Assembly (NCBI GenBank): GCA_964500805.1
Contig: CAZCQH010000032.1
Coordinates: 1,706-65,705 of the forward strand
Direction: 5' to 3'
Length of the DNA stretch: 64,000 nucleotides
Source: an uncultured Hyphomicrobiaceae bacterium
GTDB taxonomy: Bacteria; Pseudomonadota; Alphaproteobacteria; Rhizobiales; Hyphomicrobiaceae
A model generated the notes under the pieces. The model was not told where the DNA came from. It was given only the letters and a program-made list of their open reading frames with translations, and made no database searches. Position 1 is the first letter of the stretch. Each line of letters starts with the position of its first letter. Both the position numbers and the translations under genes were made by a program. Of this stretch, positions 10,106 through 20,144 are shown in pieces.

Positions 10106-10978
10106 ATGAGCGCAGCTGAGTACACCCCGCCAAAAGTCTGGACCTGGGACAAGGAGAACGGCGGCCGGTTCGCCAACATCAATCGGCCGATCTCCGGAGC
10201 GACGCACGAGAAGGAGCTGCCCGTCGGCAAGCATCCGCTTCAGCTTTATTCGCTCGGAACGCCCAACGGCGTCAAAGTGACAGTGATGCTCGAGGAGCTG
10301 CTTGCCGCCGCCCACAAGGGCGCCGAGTACGACGCATGGCTGATCCGGATCGGGGAGGGCAACCAGTTCGGCAGCGGGTTTGTGAAGATCAATCCCAACT
10401 CGAAGATCCCGGCGCTGCTCGATCGCAGCAGTCCTGCAAAGCCGCGCCGCGTGTTCGAGTCGGGCGCGATCCTGCTCTACCTCGCGGAGAAGTTTGGCGC
10501 CTTTCTGCCGAAGGACCCGGACAAGCGCACGGAAGCGCTCAATTGGCTCTTCTGGCAGATGGGCAGCGCGCCCTATCTCGGCGGTGGCTTCGGCCACTTC
10601 TACGCTTATGCGCCGGCGAAGTGGGAATATCCGATCAACCGCTTCGCGATGGAGACCAAGCGCCAGCTCGACGTGCTCGACAAGCAATTGGCGAATAACA
10701 AGTACATGGCGGGCGATGAGTACTCGATTGCCGACATCGCGATCTGGCCCTGGTACGGCGCACTGACGAAGGGTTTGCTCTACGGCGCGGCGGAGTTCCT
10801 CGCCGTACACGAGTACAAGCATGTCAATCGTTGGACCAACGAGATTGGCGAGCGTCCGGCCGTGAAACGCGGCCGCATGGTCAATCGTATCCAGGGCGAG
10901 CCGTCGAGCCAACTGCACGAGCGCCACGATGCCAGCGACTTCGACACGAAGACGCAGGACAAGCTGGAGCAGAAATAA
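10106..10978 (+). CDS. yghU: glutathione S-transferase, YghU (Nu-class) family
   Basis: 290 aa. N-terminus YTPPKVWTWDKENGGRFANINRPISGAT and LYSLGTPNGVKVTVMLEEL are characteristic of YghU. Confidence 0.85.
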   Translation: MSAAEYTPPKVWTWDKENGGRFANINRPISGATHEKELPVGKHPLQLYSLGTPNGVKVTVMLEELLAAAHKGAEYDAWLIRIGEGNQFGSGFVKINPNSKIPALLDRSSPAKPRRVFESGAILLYLAEKFGAFLPKDPDKRTEALNWLFWQMGSAPYLGGGFGHFYAYAPAKWEYPINRFAMETKRQLDVLDKQLANNKYMAGDEYSIADIAIWPWYGALTKGLLYGAAEFLAVHEYKHVNRWTNEIGERPAVKRGRMVNRIQGEPSSQLHERHDASDFDTKTQDKLEQK

Positions 10979-10989
10979 GCCGGTGCAAG

Positions 10990-11020
10990 GTCGGTGCCAG
11001 CCCCTCCGGGTCTGACGCCG
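10990..11020. repeat. degenerate REP-like element (copy 2)
   Basis: GGTGCCAGCCCCTCCGGGTCTGACGCC. The right arm matches the REP core and the left arm is decayed. Lies between convergent genes. Confidence 0.4.
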
Positions 11021-11023
11021 ACG

Positions 11024-12016
11024 TTACCCCGCTATCCGCGGCAGCACCTTGTCCGTGAAGAGATGGAACGAGCGCCCGCTCAAGGGCGCCACCATCAGGT
11101 AGTCCATGCCGCTCTCGGCCATGAAGGCCTGGATGTCGTCCGTGATGCTCTCCGGCGTACCGTGGAACATCACATCCTCGAGATAGAAATCGATCGGGTC
11201 CTTGCCACCGAAGGTGCGCTGCTCCTGGCGGATGTTGGCGTGCGCCGGCCCGACGTAGGCGCCGACCGTCCATTGCGCTACGCGGCGTGCGACCTCGCGC
11301 GCCTTTTCCGCTGTGTCCTCCACCGCAACGAGCCGCGCCATGGGAATGGTTCGGCCAGCCGGGCTGTGGCCGGCATCCTTCAGCTTGCTCTCGTAGTGCC
11401 GACGCTTCCTGACCAGATCACTGCGCGAGGAGTGCGGGTCCATCAGGATCGAGTGGCCTTGCGCCGCCGCCCAGTCGAGCGCCGGTGTCGAGGAGGCTGC
11501 CATCCACACCGGCATCGGCGATTGCACCGGCTTTGGGAGCACCTCGACGTTGTCGTAGCTGAAGAACTTGCCCTGGTAGCTGAGCTTCTGTGTGGTCCAG
11601 GCCTTCAGCACGATGTCGACCGTCTCGTGGAAGCGCGATGCGCTCTCCTCGGGCGGAATCCCGAAGGCCGCGAACTCGCCGCGCTCGAAGCCGCGGCCAG
11701 CGCCCCAGTTCACGCGACCGCCGGAGAGCACATCGAGCAGCGCCACCTCTTCGGCAAGTCGCAGCGGATTATAGAACGCAGCGAGCGACACGCCCATGCC
11801 GATCCTGAGCCGCTTGGTGCGTGCCGCGGCCATCGTGCCCATCATGTGCACCGACGGACAGACTGAGAAGCTTGTGAAGTGATGCTCGGCCAGCCAGACA
11901 GCGTCGTAGCCGGTCTCGTCCATGACTGTGAAGCGCTCCAGCGCCGACGCGTAAATGGAGTTCAGCGGCACCGACCGGTCGCGCCAACCGAAAAACTGCA
12001 GAATCCCGACTTTCAT
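11024..12016 (-). CDS. LLM class flavin-dependent oxidoreductase
   Basis: MKVGILQFFGW...YDAVWLAEHHF... luciferase-like monooxygenase pattern. Start taken at internal MKVG. Confidence 0.85.
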   Translation of the reverse strand: MKVGILQFFGWRDRSVPLNSIYASALERFTVMDETGYDAVWLAEHHFTSFSVCPSVHMMGTMAAARTKRLRIGMGVSLAAFYNPLRLAEEVALLDVLSGGRVNWGAGRGFERGEFAAFGIPPEESASRFHETVDIVLKAWTTQKLSYQGKFFSYDNVEVLPKPVQSPMPVWMAASSTPALDWAAAQGHSILMDPHSSRSDLVRKRRHYESKLKDAGHSPAGRTIPMARLVAVEDTAEKAREVARRVAQWTVGAYVGPAHANIRQEQRTFGGKDPIDFYLEDVMFHGTPESITDDIQAFMAESGMDYLMVAPLSGRSFHLFTDKVLPRIAG

Positions 12017-12213
12017 CGGTCCCTCCCTGACTGGCGCGCGATCGGGACATGGTGACATGGGCGTTGCGCCGCGTGCAAGCCAACACAATCATGCAGACAG
12101 GCCTAGCGTACATTCGCGGGTTGGTCAGGAGCAGCCATCGTCCTGCCTCTGTTCCGTCATCGCGATCTGGGACAGACTGCATCACGTGACCGACGCGCCG
12201 GGGGAGCGAAGCA

Positions 12214-13722
12214 ATGACCGGGATGTTGAAGCATTGCATTGCAATGGTTTGCCTCGCTCTCGGGCTCACATCTGCAATGGCGAGCACCCGCGTGGCGCTG
12301 GTGGTCGGCAACAGCGCCTACAAGGCAACGACCCCGCTGGCAAATCCCGTCCATGACGCTCGCGATGTCGCGGAGGCGTTGAAGCAGGCGGGCTTCACCG
12401 TGATCATGGCGGTGGATGCCGACAAGGCGAAGTTCGACGGCGCGCTGCGGGCCTTCGCCGATCAGCTCAGCAATGCCGAGGTCGCGTTGCTGTTCTATGC
12501 TGGCCATGGCCTGCAAGTCGGGATGCAGAACTACCTCATTCCCATCGATGCCAAATTGGACCGCGAGCGCGACCTGGAGTTCGAGACTGTCAGGCTCGAC
12601 TTCGTGCTGCGCCAGATGGAGATCGACCGCGACGGCAAGACGACGATCGTTATCCTGGACGCCTGCCGCGACAATCCGCTGTCGAAAAACCTGGCTCGCT
12701 CGATGGGAACGCGATCGACGGCGATCGGCAAGGGCTTGGCTGCAGCGCCGGCGGGACTGGGCACGTTCATCGCCTTTTCGACGCAGCCCGGCAATGTTGC
12801 GCTCGACGGCGATGGACGCAACTCACCCTTCACGGTCGCGCTGATCAAGCACATGAGCATCAAAGGGCGCAATTTGCCGGCGACGATGATCGAGGTGCGC
12901 AAGGATGTGGTGGCGGCCACGAGCGGCAGGCAAGTGCCTTGGGACCACTCGGCGCTGACGACCGAGTTCTATTTTCATGCCAGCGCCTCGCAATCGTCGG
13001 GCACGGTCGCGGCTGCCCCGGCCGGAACGGGAGCAGACATCGCGGCCCTGCAAGAGCGCATCCGGCTGCTCGAGGAGAATGCGCAAAAGCGGGAGACCGC
13101 GCCGCGGACGAACACGACGGCGAGCACAGCACCGTCGCAATCCGCCAGGCCGTCCGCAGTGCCCGCACCCCCTGGCAATCAGAATGCCCCGTTCCTGCAG
13201 CACGAGAGCACCCGCGTCGACGGCATCAAGGTGAGCGAGACGCGCCAAGCCGATGCGGGCGCCTGCCAGGAGGCATGCGAAGCCGACTCGAGCTGCGTTG
13301 CCTACCAATTCGGCCGACGGTCGCCCGTAACGGGACAATGCCAGCTTCTGGCGCGCGTCGAGGCTGTGCACCAGGACCCGGCATGGCAGCTGGGTCTGCG
13401 AGCGGGAACCGCGGTTCCGACCGAGCAGTCGGCAGTACAGGCAGCGGCGCGTCGGCTGCCGCCGGATCTGAAGGGGCCGCCCAGCCGTAAGGAGCGCGGT
13501 TTCGACATCTATGATGGTCGTGCGGCGATGGGCCAGCAGATCAAAATGAGTTCGGCGGATTCGCCTGGCGCGTGCCAGGTCATCTGCCGCAACACACCCG
13601 GCTGCGTCTTTGCGGTCTATAACGAGTTATTCCGCGGCAAGAACCTCGCGTGCCAGGTTTACCGCGAGATCACGAACACGATGCAGACGCCGTCTGCCAG
13701 CATCATGATCCGGATGGACTAG
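12214..13722 (+). CDS. secreted caspase-family (peptidase C14) protein with two C-terminal PAN/Apple-like modules
   Basis: Signal peptide. VALVVGNSAY..L.NP..DA, His-Cys dyad context FYAGHG and ILDACRDNP. Two Cys-patterned modules (GACQEACEADSSCVAYQF, GACQVICRNTPGCVFAVY). Confidence 0.8.
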   Translation: MTGMLKHCIAMVCLALGLTSAMASTRVALVVGNSAYKATTPLANPVHDARDVAEALKQAGFTVIMAVDADKAKFDGALRAFADQLSNAEVALLFYAGHGLQVGMQNYLIPIDAKLDRERDLEFETVRLDFVLRQMEIDRDGKTTIVILDACRDNPLSKNLARSMGTRSTAIGKGLAAAPAGLGTFIAFSTQPGNVALDGDGRNSPFTVALIKHMSIKGRNLPATMIEVRKDVVAATSGRQVPWDHSALTTEFYFHASASQSSGTVAAAPAGTGADIAALQERIRLLEENAQKRETAPRTNTTASTAPSQSARPSAVPAPPGNQNAPFLQHESTRVDGIKVSETRQADAGACQEACEADSSCVAYQFGRRSPVTGQCQLLARVEAVHQDPAWQLGLRAGTAVPTEQSAVQAAARRLPPDLKGPPSRKERGFDIYDGRAAMGQQIKMSSADSPGACQVICRNTPGCVFAVYNELFRGKNLACQVYREITNTMQTPSASIMIRMD

Positions 13723-13878
13723 GAGGAATGCAGCCGGAGTTGGATTGTCGACGATGCTGGAATCACGGCGACGATGGACGGCGCGAGACCCATGGTCTTC
13801 CCCCGTTTGTCTTGAACGGGCCGTTGATCAACACGCTCCCTGTAGTAGCTTTTGCGCTGAGGAAACACAGGTGCACAC

Positions 13879-15117
13879 ATGCTCGACCTTGTCATCCGCA
13901 ACGCACGACTACCGGACATCCGCCCCGATGCGGCCACTGTTGACATCGGCATCGCCGACGGCCGCATCGCCGCGATCGAGCCGGGTATTCAGACCGACGC
14001 TCCGAGCCATGACGCCGAGGGCTGCCTCTGCTGCGCCGGTCTGATCGAGACCCACATCCATCTGGACAAATCGCGCATCATCGACCGCTGCACGCCGGAG
14101 CCGAGCCGCGCCAGTCCCGACCACATGCGCCGCGTGCAGGCGGTGAAGTCCACGTTCACGGTGGAAGACATATACACCCGCGCCAAGGCGACACTCGAAA
14201 GCTGCGTGAAGCACGGCGCAACGCGCATTCGCACGCACGCCGAAATCGACGCGCCCGTCGGCACCAAGTGTGTCGAGGCGCTGCGGCAGCTTGCGAAGGA
14301 CTATGCCTGGGCCGTCGATCTCGAGATCTGCGTCTTCCCGCAGGAAGGCCTCACCACTGCGCCCGACGCGGACAAGGCGCTTGTCGATGGCCTGAGGATG
14401 GGCGCGCGGGTCATCGGGGCGGCACCCAACTACGACATCGATCATGCCGGTCAGATCAATCGCGTCTTCGAGCTCGCCCGCGAGTTCGACGTCGATATCG
14501 ACATGCACATCGACTCCGGCCACGATCCCGCGAGTCTCGACACCCATCTCGTCGCCGATCTCACCGAGCGCTTCAAGCTCGGCGGCCGCGTCGCGATGGG
14601 CCACGCGACCAAGCTGGCAGGCTTGCCGCCCGCGCGCCAGACCGAAATTGCCAAGCGGCTCGCCGGTGCGGGCGTCGCGGTCACCGTGCTGCCCGCCACC
14701 GACCTCTTCGTCCTCGCCCGCCACGTCGACCACAATGTGCCGCGCTGCGTTGCGGACGCGAACCTCTTCGTATCGCAGGGCTGCAATTGCTCGATCTCGT
14801 CGAACAACATCCTGAACCCGTTCACGCCCTTCGGCGACGGCTCTCTCATCCGTATGACCAACCTGCACGCCAATATTCTGCAGGTCGGAGATCCCGAGCG
14901 CCTTTCCGAGTTGTTCTCCATGATCACCGCCCGCTCGGCGCGGCTCATGAACCTCAGGGACTATGGGCTCTCGGTCGGCAATCCTGCCGACGTCACCGTC
15001 ATCGACGCGAAAACGCCGGCCGAAGCCGTGGCGACGGTTGCGCCCGTCCTCGCCGTGTTCAAGCGCGGCCGCCAGACCGTGTCACGGCCGCGCGCTGAGC
15101 TGCTCCATCCCGTGTAG
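13879..15117 (+). CDS. amidohydrolase family protein, cytosine deaminase (CodA)-like
   Basis: 412 aa. IETHIHLDK metal motif, RTHAEID, FPQEG, DMHID and GHATKL align with the CodA-type layout. Confidence 0.8.
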   Translation: MLDLVIRNARLPDIRPDAATVDIGIADGRIAAIEPGIQTDAPSHDAEGCLCCAGLIETHIHLDKSRIIDRCTPEPSRASPDHMRRVQAVKSTFTVEDIYTRAKATLESCVKHGATRIRTHAEIDAPVGTKCVEALRQLAKDYAWAVDLEICVFPQEGLTTAPDADKALVDGLRMGARVIGAAPNYDIDHAGQINRVFELAREFDVDIDMHIDSGHDPASLDTHLVADLTERFKLGGRVAMGHATKLAGLPPARQTEIAKRLAGAGVAVTVLPATDLFVLARHVDHNVPRCVADANLFVSQGCNCSISSNNILNPFTPFGDGSLIRMTNLHANILQVGDPERLSELFSMITARSARLMNLRDYGLSVGNPADVTVIDAKTPAEAVATVAPVLAVFKRGRQTVSRPRAELLHPV

Positions 15118-15401
15118 GCGGCGCAACTTAAGTCGCGCTGCCGCTGTGGCTGATTAACCAGTTAACTCGCGCCGTGTGCGGACTCGAAAAATTCATGGGC
15201 GAATTTCAACGCAAACGGTTTTGGCTACCCCCCTAGCTTTCCGAGCCTTGTGGCCACTCAGCGGGCTTCTAAGGCGGTCCTGGAGGCCTTCTGGACGCGC
15301 GAGGGGCAAAACCCTCGGTCTGAGGCCGCGGTACCCGCGAATTGCACGAGCAACGAAACTCCCGATGCGGTGCGCTAATGCAACTCGATCGCGGGCACCG
15401 G

Positions 15402-15584
15402 TCAACGAGCTGGTACAACCGGCGCTACTCGCTCGCTCGCGATCCGGCTCGAAAACTGGCCGTCGCGAGCCCGGCTGCCACCGTGAAGCAATGTGCCGAA
15501 CAAGCCATAGAGCAGGACCAGTGCCAGACAAACGGCGGCACGAATGGTGAGCGACTTGGCGGATGGCTTGTCTGTGGAACTCAT
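15402..15584 (-). CDS. hypothetical small membrane protein
   Basis: 60-aa ORF with one TM segment (IRAAVCLALVLLYGLFGTLL). Weak evidence only. Confidence 0.25.
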   Translation of the reverse strand: MSSTDKPSAKSLTIRAAVCLALVLLYGLFGTLLHGGSRARDGQFSSRIASERVAPVVPAR

Positions 15585-15792
15585 GACCGTCGACGTTCCC
15601 GAGTGTCTTGTGGATCGAGCAAGGACATGCAGCACACGCCCCGTCTTTGATACAGCAGGTTTAAAGAATAACTCTTGTCCAAAACGTGGGTTCGGTTGCA
15701 GCACGGACTGAGCCTGTGTGGTTCCTGCCACGCCCCGGAGTGAATCTGCGAAAAGGTGGCGCCAAATTCAGGAGATCTGCTGCCTTCGCCGC

Positions 15793-17280
15793 CTACTGAT
15801 GCAGCGGAAAGATCGGCCGCGTGATCCAGCGATAGGGGAGGGTGGTGAGATCGCTCGGGCAGTCGCCGGGCGTCGACACCCAGTAGGTGCGCGCGGCGAT
15901 GGGCTCGTAGGCACGCCGGTGCGCGACGGCCGCCTTCACGCCTATGAACGCGAGCCGCTCTGGCACGATGCCCTGCGAGCGCAGTTGGCCGAGATCGAAG
16001 GGCGGCGTCTTGCGCGATGTGATCAGGATCATCACGCCAGCAGCTTGCACTGTCACGCAAGGTCCCATGTCCGCGTGAATGCCCTGGATCGAGGCGAGGT
16101 GGCTCTGGCGGTCCTCCAGCGTGAAGCGACCGTCGGTGCGGCCGAGTACGTCCAGATCGAGCGTCACCGGACCCGGATCGCGCTTCGTCGCCTTGCCGCC
16201 GATGGCGACCGTCGCCCGCCCGCCAACCGGGGTGCCGGCAAGCGCGCCAACAGCTTCGGGATCGTTGATCACGACTGCGCTGTCGCGAAGGCTGTGTGCC
16301 AGGAACGCGCGCAGCACCGACGTGCAGTCGCCGGGCGAGCCGCCTCCGATGTTATCCGCCGGCTCGACAATGAGCGTTGGCCCGCGTCCGGGCCCTTTCG
16401 CAAGCGCGTCTCGAATGGCGTCGTCGATCGCCCATTCCTGCGGAATGCCATGGACGCGCAGGCGATGCGCGACATCGGCGAGGCGGGCGAGATGCGTCCG
16501 CGCTGCCGCCTCATCACCGACCGTTACGGCACTCACTGATACGCCGGTATCCGGTGTATCGGCGAACGCGAAGCCCGCGACGACATTGATCGCCCAGATG
16601 TCCGGGTCCGCCGCCTCGATCTCCCGTGCCATTGCCTCGAGGCTGCGCATGGGATCATCCGCCGTGCCGGTGCCAGTCGGAGGCCAGACGATCGGCAAGC
16701 GGCGCGTGATGGTGCGCGGACGCTGGCCCGTATCGAGCGCGCGGGCTAGCAGCAGTGCGGCACGTTCGGCTGATTCCAACGCGTCGATGTGCGGGTTCTC
16801 TCGATAAGCCACGAGACCGTTGGCATGCCGCGCCATACGGTCCGTGATGGTGGCGTGCAAGTCGAACACTGCAAAGAGGGGTAAGCTCTCGGCGCCAGGC
16901 AAGCCGCGTAGCCGCTCAAGCAGCCAGCCTTCGGGGTCTTGGGTTTCCGTCGTCACCATGGCACCGTGGAGGCCGAGCCAGATGCCGTCGAGCCCCTTGG
17001 CGATCGCATCTCGCGCCATGGGCTCCAGCTCGCGCCAATACTGTTCGAGCACCGCTTCCTCGATGGTGCCGGAGGGCATGGCGCTGTAGTCGACCGTGGG
17101 GATCACCTCCCAGCCGAGCCGCTCGGCCACGCTGAGAAAGCCGTCGATCGTCGAGCCGTCACCGCCACGCGCCAGGATCTCGGCCCCGCGGCGCATCCTC
17201 ATCTCAGCGAAGCCCGTGGTGGCGTCGAGGAACGTATGGGTCTCGTGATAGAGCCCGGCAAGGAGTATGCGCGCTGACAT
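15793..17280 (-). CDS. M81 family metallopeptidase (MlrC-like)
   Basis: MSARILLAGLYHETHTFL N-terminus and overall length are typical of the MlrC/M81 family. Confidence 0.85.
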   Translation of the reverse strand: MSARILLAGLYHETHTFLDATTGFAEMRMRRGAEILARGGDGSTIDGFLSVAERLGWEVIPTVDYSAMPSGTIEEAVLEQYWRELEPMARDAIAKGLDGIWLGLHGAMVTTETQDPEGWLLERLRGLPGAESLPLFAVFDLHATITDRMARHANGLVAYRENPHIDALESAERAALLLARALDTGQRPRTITRRLPIVWPPTGTGTADDPMRSLEAMAREIEAADPDIWAINVVAGFAFADTPDTGVSVSAVTVGDEAAARTHLARLADVAHRLRVHGIPQEWAIDDAIRDALAKGPGRGPTLIVEPADNIGGGSPGDCTSVLRAFLAHSLRDSAVVINDPEAVGALAGTPVGGRATVAIGGKATKRDPGPVTLDLDVLGRTDGRFTLEDRQSHLASIQGIHADMGPCVTVQAAGVMILITSRKTPPFDLGQLRSQGIVPERLAFIGVKAAVAHRRAYEPIAARTYWVSTPGDCPSDLTTLPYRWITRPIFPLHQ

Positions 17281-17493
17281 GGACGTTTTCCGTTGCGATC
17301 GCTCGAGCCTGCCCCAGGCGACGCAACCGATCAACATAGACGGCGTTCTCCGGCAGAAATCGATCGAAGACCTGCGATCGTCCCTCAACGAATGCAAGCC
17401 GGAACTCTGGTTTACACATTGCGACGATTGTCCGCGAAGCGCGAATAGGGCATCCAGGGCTCACCTGCGCGCCGGCTCTGGAAACTTCTTGCC

Positions 17494-19059
17494 GTGGACG
17501 CGCCGGCCGGGCCCAGCTTGATGAGCACCGCCACCACCACTGCCGACACGGGGCTCTCGAGCGTCACCGCGCACCAATGGTTCGTGCTGGTGATGGTGCA
17601 GCTCTGCACCACGCTGTTCGGCATGACCATCACGCTCGCCAATGTGGTGCTGCCGCAGATCCGCGGCACGATGGCGGCGACGCAGGATCAGATCGCGTGG
17701 GTGGTGACGTTCAACATTGTCGCGACAGCGATTGCGACGCCACTCTCGGGCTGGCTTGCCGCACGGTTCGGCTGGCGCACGCTGATGGTCACGGCCGTCG
17801 GCGGCTTCACGGCCTTCTCGCTGTTGTGCGGCATGGCGACGAGCCTCGAGATGCTGGTGCTGTTCCGCGTCGGCCAGGGCATCTTCGGCGCGCCGATCAT
17901 GCCGCTCGGACAAGGCATTCTGCTCTCGACCTTCCCGCGCCATCTGCACGCGATGGTGATGATGATCTGGGGCATTGGTGGAGTCGTCGGTCCGGTGACG
18001 GGACCTTTCCTCGGCAGCATGATCAGCGAGGCTTACAACTGGCGCTGGGCTTTCTTCATGATCGTGCCGCCAGGCGCGCTCGCCACGTTCGCTGCCTGGC
18101 TTGTGCTGAAGGGAAAGAACCAGCAGTCGGAAAGAACGTTCGACTGGACGGGCTTCCTGGCGCTGGCCATCACCATTGGTGCGGCGCAGCTGATGCTCGA
18201 TCGCGGCCAGCGCCTCGATTGGTTCGAAGCGATCGAGATCCGCCTGCTGGCCGGCGTTGCCGTGGTGGCGGGCTGGATTTTCATCGTCCACACCGCGACA
18301 CGCCCGGATGGGTTCTTCAACCCGCAACTGCTGCGCGACCGCAATTACGCCGTGGGGCTCATCCTGGTGACGATCATGGGCATGTTGATGTTCACGCCCA
18401 TGGTGCTGTTCCCGAGCCTGCTGCACGATCTGCGCGGGCTCCCCGACGACCTCATCGGCGCCTTGCTCACCGCCCGCGGTATCGGCAACTGGCTTTCGTT
18501 TCTGATCGTGGTGCCGCTGACCAAGCACACGCCGCGCCTGGCGCTCGCGCTCGGTCTCCTGGCACAGGCTGTTTCCGGGTTCGCCATGGCGCAGCTCGAC
18601 ATCAATTTCACGATGGCGGACGTCTTCTGGACCAATCTCGTGCAAGGATTCGGTTTCGGCCTCGCCTTCACGCCGATGTCGGTGCTGGCCTTCGCGACCC
18701 TGCAGCCGCGGCTGATGGCCGAGGGGATGGCCTTCTTTCATTTGCTGCGCAATTTCGGCTCGAGCCTCTTCATCTCGCTGTCGATTGTGCTGCTGGTGCG
18801 CTCGACCGTGACGAGCTACGCCGGCATGGCGGAGTTCATCAGCCGCTACAACAAGATCCTGGAGTTCCCGACCGTTCTCGGCAATTGGACACTCGAGACG
18901 CCGCGCGGGCTTGCGGTGATCGCCAGCGAGATGCAGCGCCAGGCTGCAATGATCGGCTATATCAACGCGTTCTATCTCTTTGCGGTCACCGCGTCGCTCG
19001 CTGTCCCTCTCGCCTGGCTCATGCGCGACACCCCCCGCGGCGAGGTGGCGAAGGCGTAG
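17494..19059 (+). CDS. MFS transporter, DHA2/EmrB-type efflux permease
   Basis: About 14 predicted TM segments. Pattern L.MV.LCTTLFGMTITLANVVLPQI.G and GWL..RFG.R resembles the EmrB family. Start uncertain (17494 or 17521). Confidence 0.85.
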   Translation: MDAPAGPSLMSTATTTADTGLSSVTAHQWFVLVMVQLCTTLFGMTITLANVVLPQIRGTMAATQDQIAWVVTFNIVATAIATPLSGWLAARFGWRTLMVTAVGGFTAFSLLCGMATSLEMLVLFRVGQGIFGAPIMPLGQGILLSTFPRHLHAMVMMIWGIGGVVGPVTGPFLGSMISEAYNWRWAFFMIVPPGALATFAAWLVLKGKNQQSERTFDWTGFLALAITIGAAQLMLDRGQRLDWFEAIEIRLLAGVAVVAGWIFIVHTATRPDGFFNPQLLRDRNYAVGLILVTIMGMLMFTPMVLFPSLLHDLRGLPDDLIGALLTARGIGNWLSFLIVVPLTKHTPRLALALGLLAQAVSGFAMAQLDINFTMADVFWTNLVQGFGFGLAFTPMSVLAFATLQPRLMAEGMAFFHLLRNFGSSLFISLSIVLLVRSTVTSYAGMAEFISRYNKILEFPTVLGNWTLETPRGLAVIASEMQRQAAMIGYINAFYLFAVTASLAVPLAWLMRDTPRGEVAKA

Positions 19060-19170
19060 ATGCTCGGGAAGGGCTCCAGTGACGCCCGCCAGGGTCGGCG
19101 GCGGCGCTGCGTTCCCGCGAACGGCCAGTTGACGCCGCCCCCGCCCCCGTGGTCATGTCCCGCCGCGAGC

Positions 19171-19244
19171 GCGGGTGTAGCTCAATGGTAGAGCAACAGC
19201 CTTCCAAGCTGATGACGAGGGTTCGATTCCCTTCACCCGCTCCA
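19171..19244 (+). tRNA. tRNA-Gly (anticodon UCC)
   Basis: Hand-folded cloverleaf. Acceptor GCGGGTG/CACCCGC, D-arm GCTC-AATGGTA-GAGC, anticodon loop CTTCCAA, T-arm GAGGG-TTCGATT-CCTTC, encoded CCA. Confidence 0.9.
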
Positions 19245-19317
19245 TCCGCTTCCGCGGTTCGTTTGATCAACGGATTGGGCGTGAATGGTGGAGCCACATG
19301 GCTCTTCTCCGTCGCAC

Positions 19318-20100
19318 TCACTCGAACGCCACCTCCACGCGCCAGCGGCCGCCGAAGTCGGCCTGCATGTGGTCGCCCGGTTTGGCGAGGAGCATGCCTG
19401 TCGCGGTGCCGCTGCTGATCAGGGCACCCGCCCGGAGACCGTCGCCCCAAAGCCGGCGTTCGTTGGCGAGCCAAACCACAGGCAGGAGCGGATCGCCCAT
19501 CACCTCGCGCCCGCTTCCTTGCCGCCGGAGCGTGCCATTGACGGTGAGGCTCACGGACACCGCCGCGAGGTCCACGCTGCGCCAAGGTGCGATCTCATCG
19601 CCGATCACATAACGGCCCGAGGCCGCGCCGTCGGCAAGGATCGCCGGCATGGGCGGCAGCTCATTGAGCGGGAACCGGCACTCGGCCACCTCGATGCCGG
19701 CATGCACGCTCTCCACCGCGTCTTCGACCTCGGCGCGCGTAAAGGGCGCCTCGCGAGCGGCAAGATCCCGCGCCAAGCGAAAGAAGAACTCGCATTCGAC
19801 CAGCGGGTCCAACAGATCGGCATGAGGGAGCGAGGCCGGCGATGCCATCGCGAAACGGGAGAAGGTGCGTCCGTAGATCGGCTGGTCGGCGCGGAGCCGC
19901 CGTTGCATCTCGGGCGTCGTCGCCGCGATCTTCCATCCAAGCTGAGGCCAGCCGAGCTTATCGGCAACGCGCGCGTTGATCGCGTAGCCATCGCGCTCGG
20001 CGGCCGGCAACTGCTCCGCCCGAAGGCCCCGAAGCGGGCGCCGCGAGCGGCGCGCTTCGGCCAGCAGTGTCGCCAGCGCGTCAAGGTCAGGCTCGGTCAT
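19318..20100 (-). CDS. 2-keto-4-pentenoate hydratase (MhpD/FAH-fold) family protein
   Basis: 260 aa. GWKIAATTPEMQRRL, ECEFFF and SSGTATG patterns are typical of the hydratase/decarboxylase family. Confidence 0.7.
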   Translation of the reverse strand: MTEPDLDALATLLAEARRSRRPLRGLRAEQLPAAERDGYAINARVADKLGWPQLGWKIAATTPEMQRRLRADQPIYGRTFSRFAMASPASLPHADLLDPLVECEFFFRLARDLAAREAPFTRAEVEDAVESVHAGIEVAECRFPLNELPPMPAILADGAASGRYVIGDEIAPWRSVDLAAVSVSLTVNGTLRRQGSGREVMGDPLLPVVWLANERRLWGDGLRAGALISSGTATGMLLAKPGDHMQADFGGRWRVEVAFE

Positions 20101-20144
20101 GCCTCGTGCTTAGCCGAGACCAGCGTGAAACGCCATGCAGCGGG

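Noticed and set aside
13909-14868. 319-aa minus-strand ORF, plus 10088-10927, 25190-26083, 43469-44428, 59052-60149 and similar
   Set aside because: All are antisense to well-supported genes (CodA-like, yghU, dnaE, MscS, PrpD) and have a GC-skewed Arg/Asp/His-rich composition.
17461-18741. 426-aa minus-strand ORF
   Set aside because: It is antisense to the MFS/EmrB gene. Its His/Arg/Glu-rich low-complexity translation is typical of shadow ORFs in high-GC DNA. The plus-strand product has clear transporter motifs.
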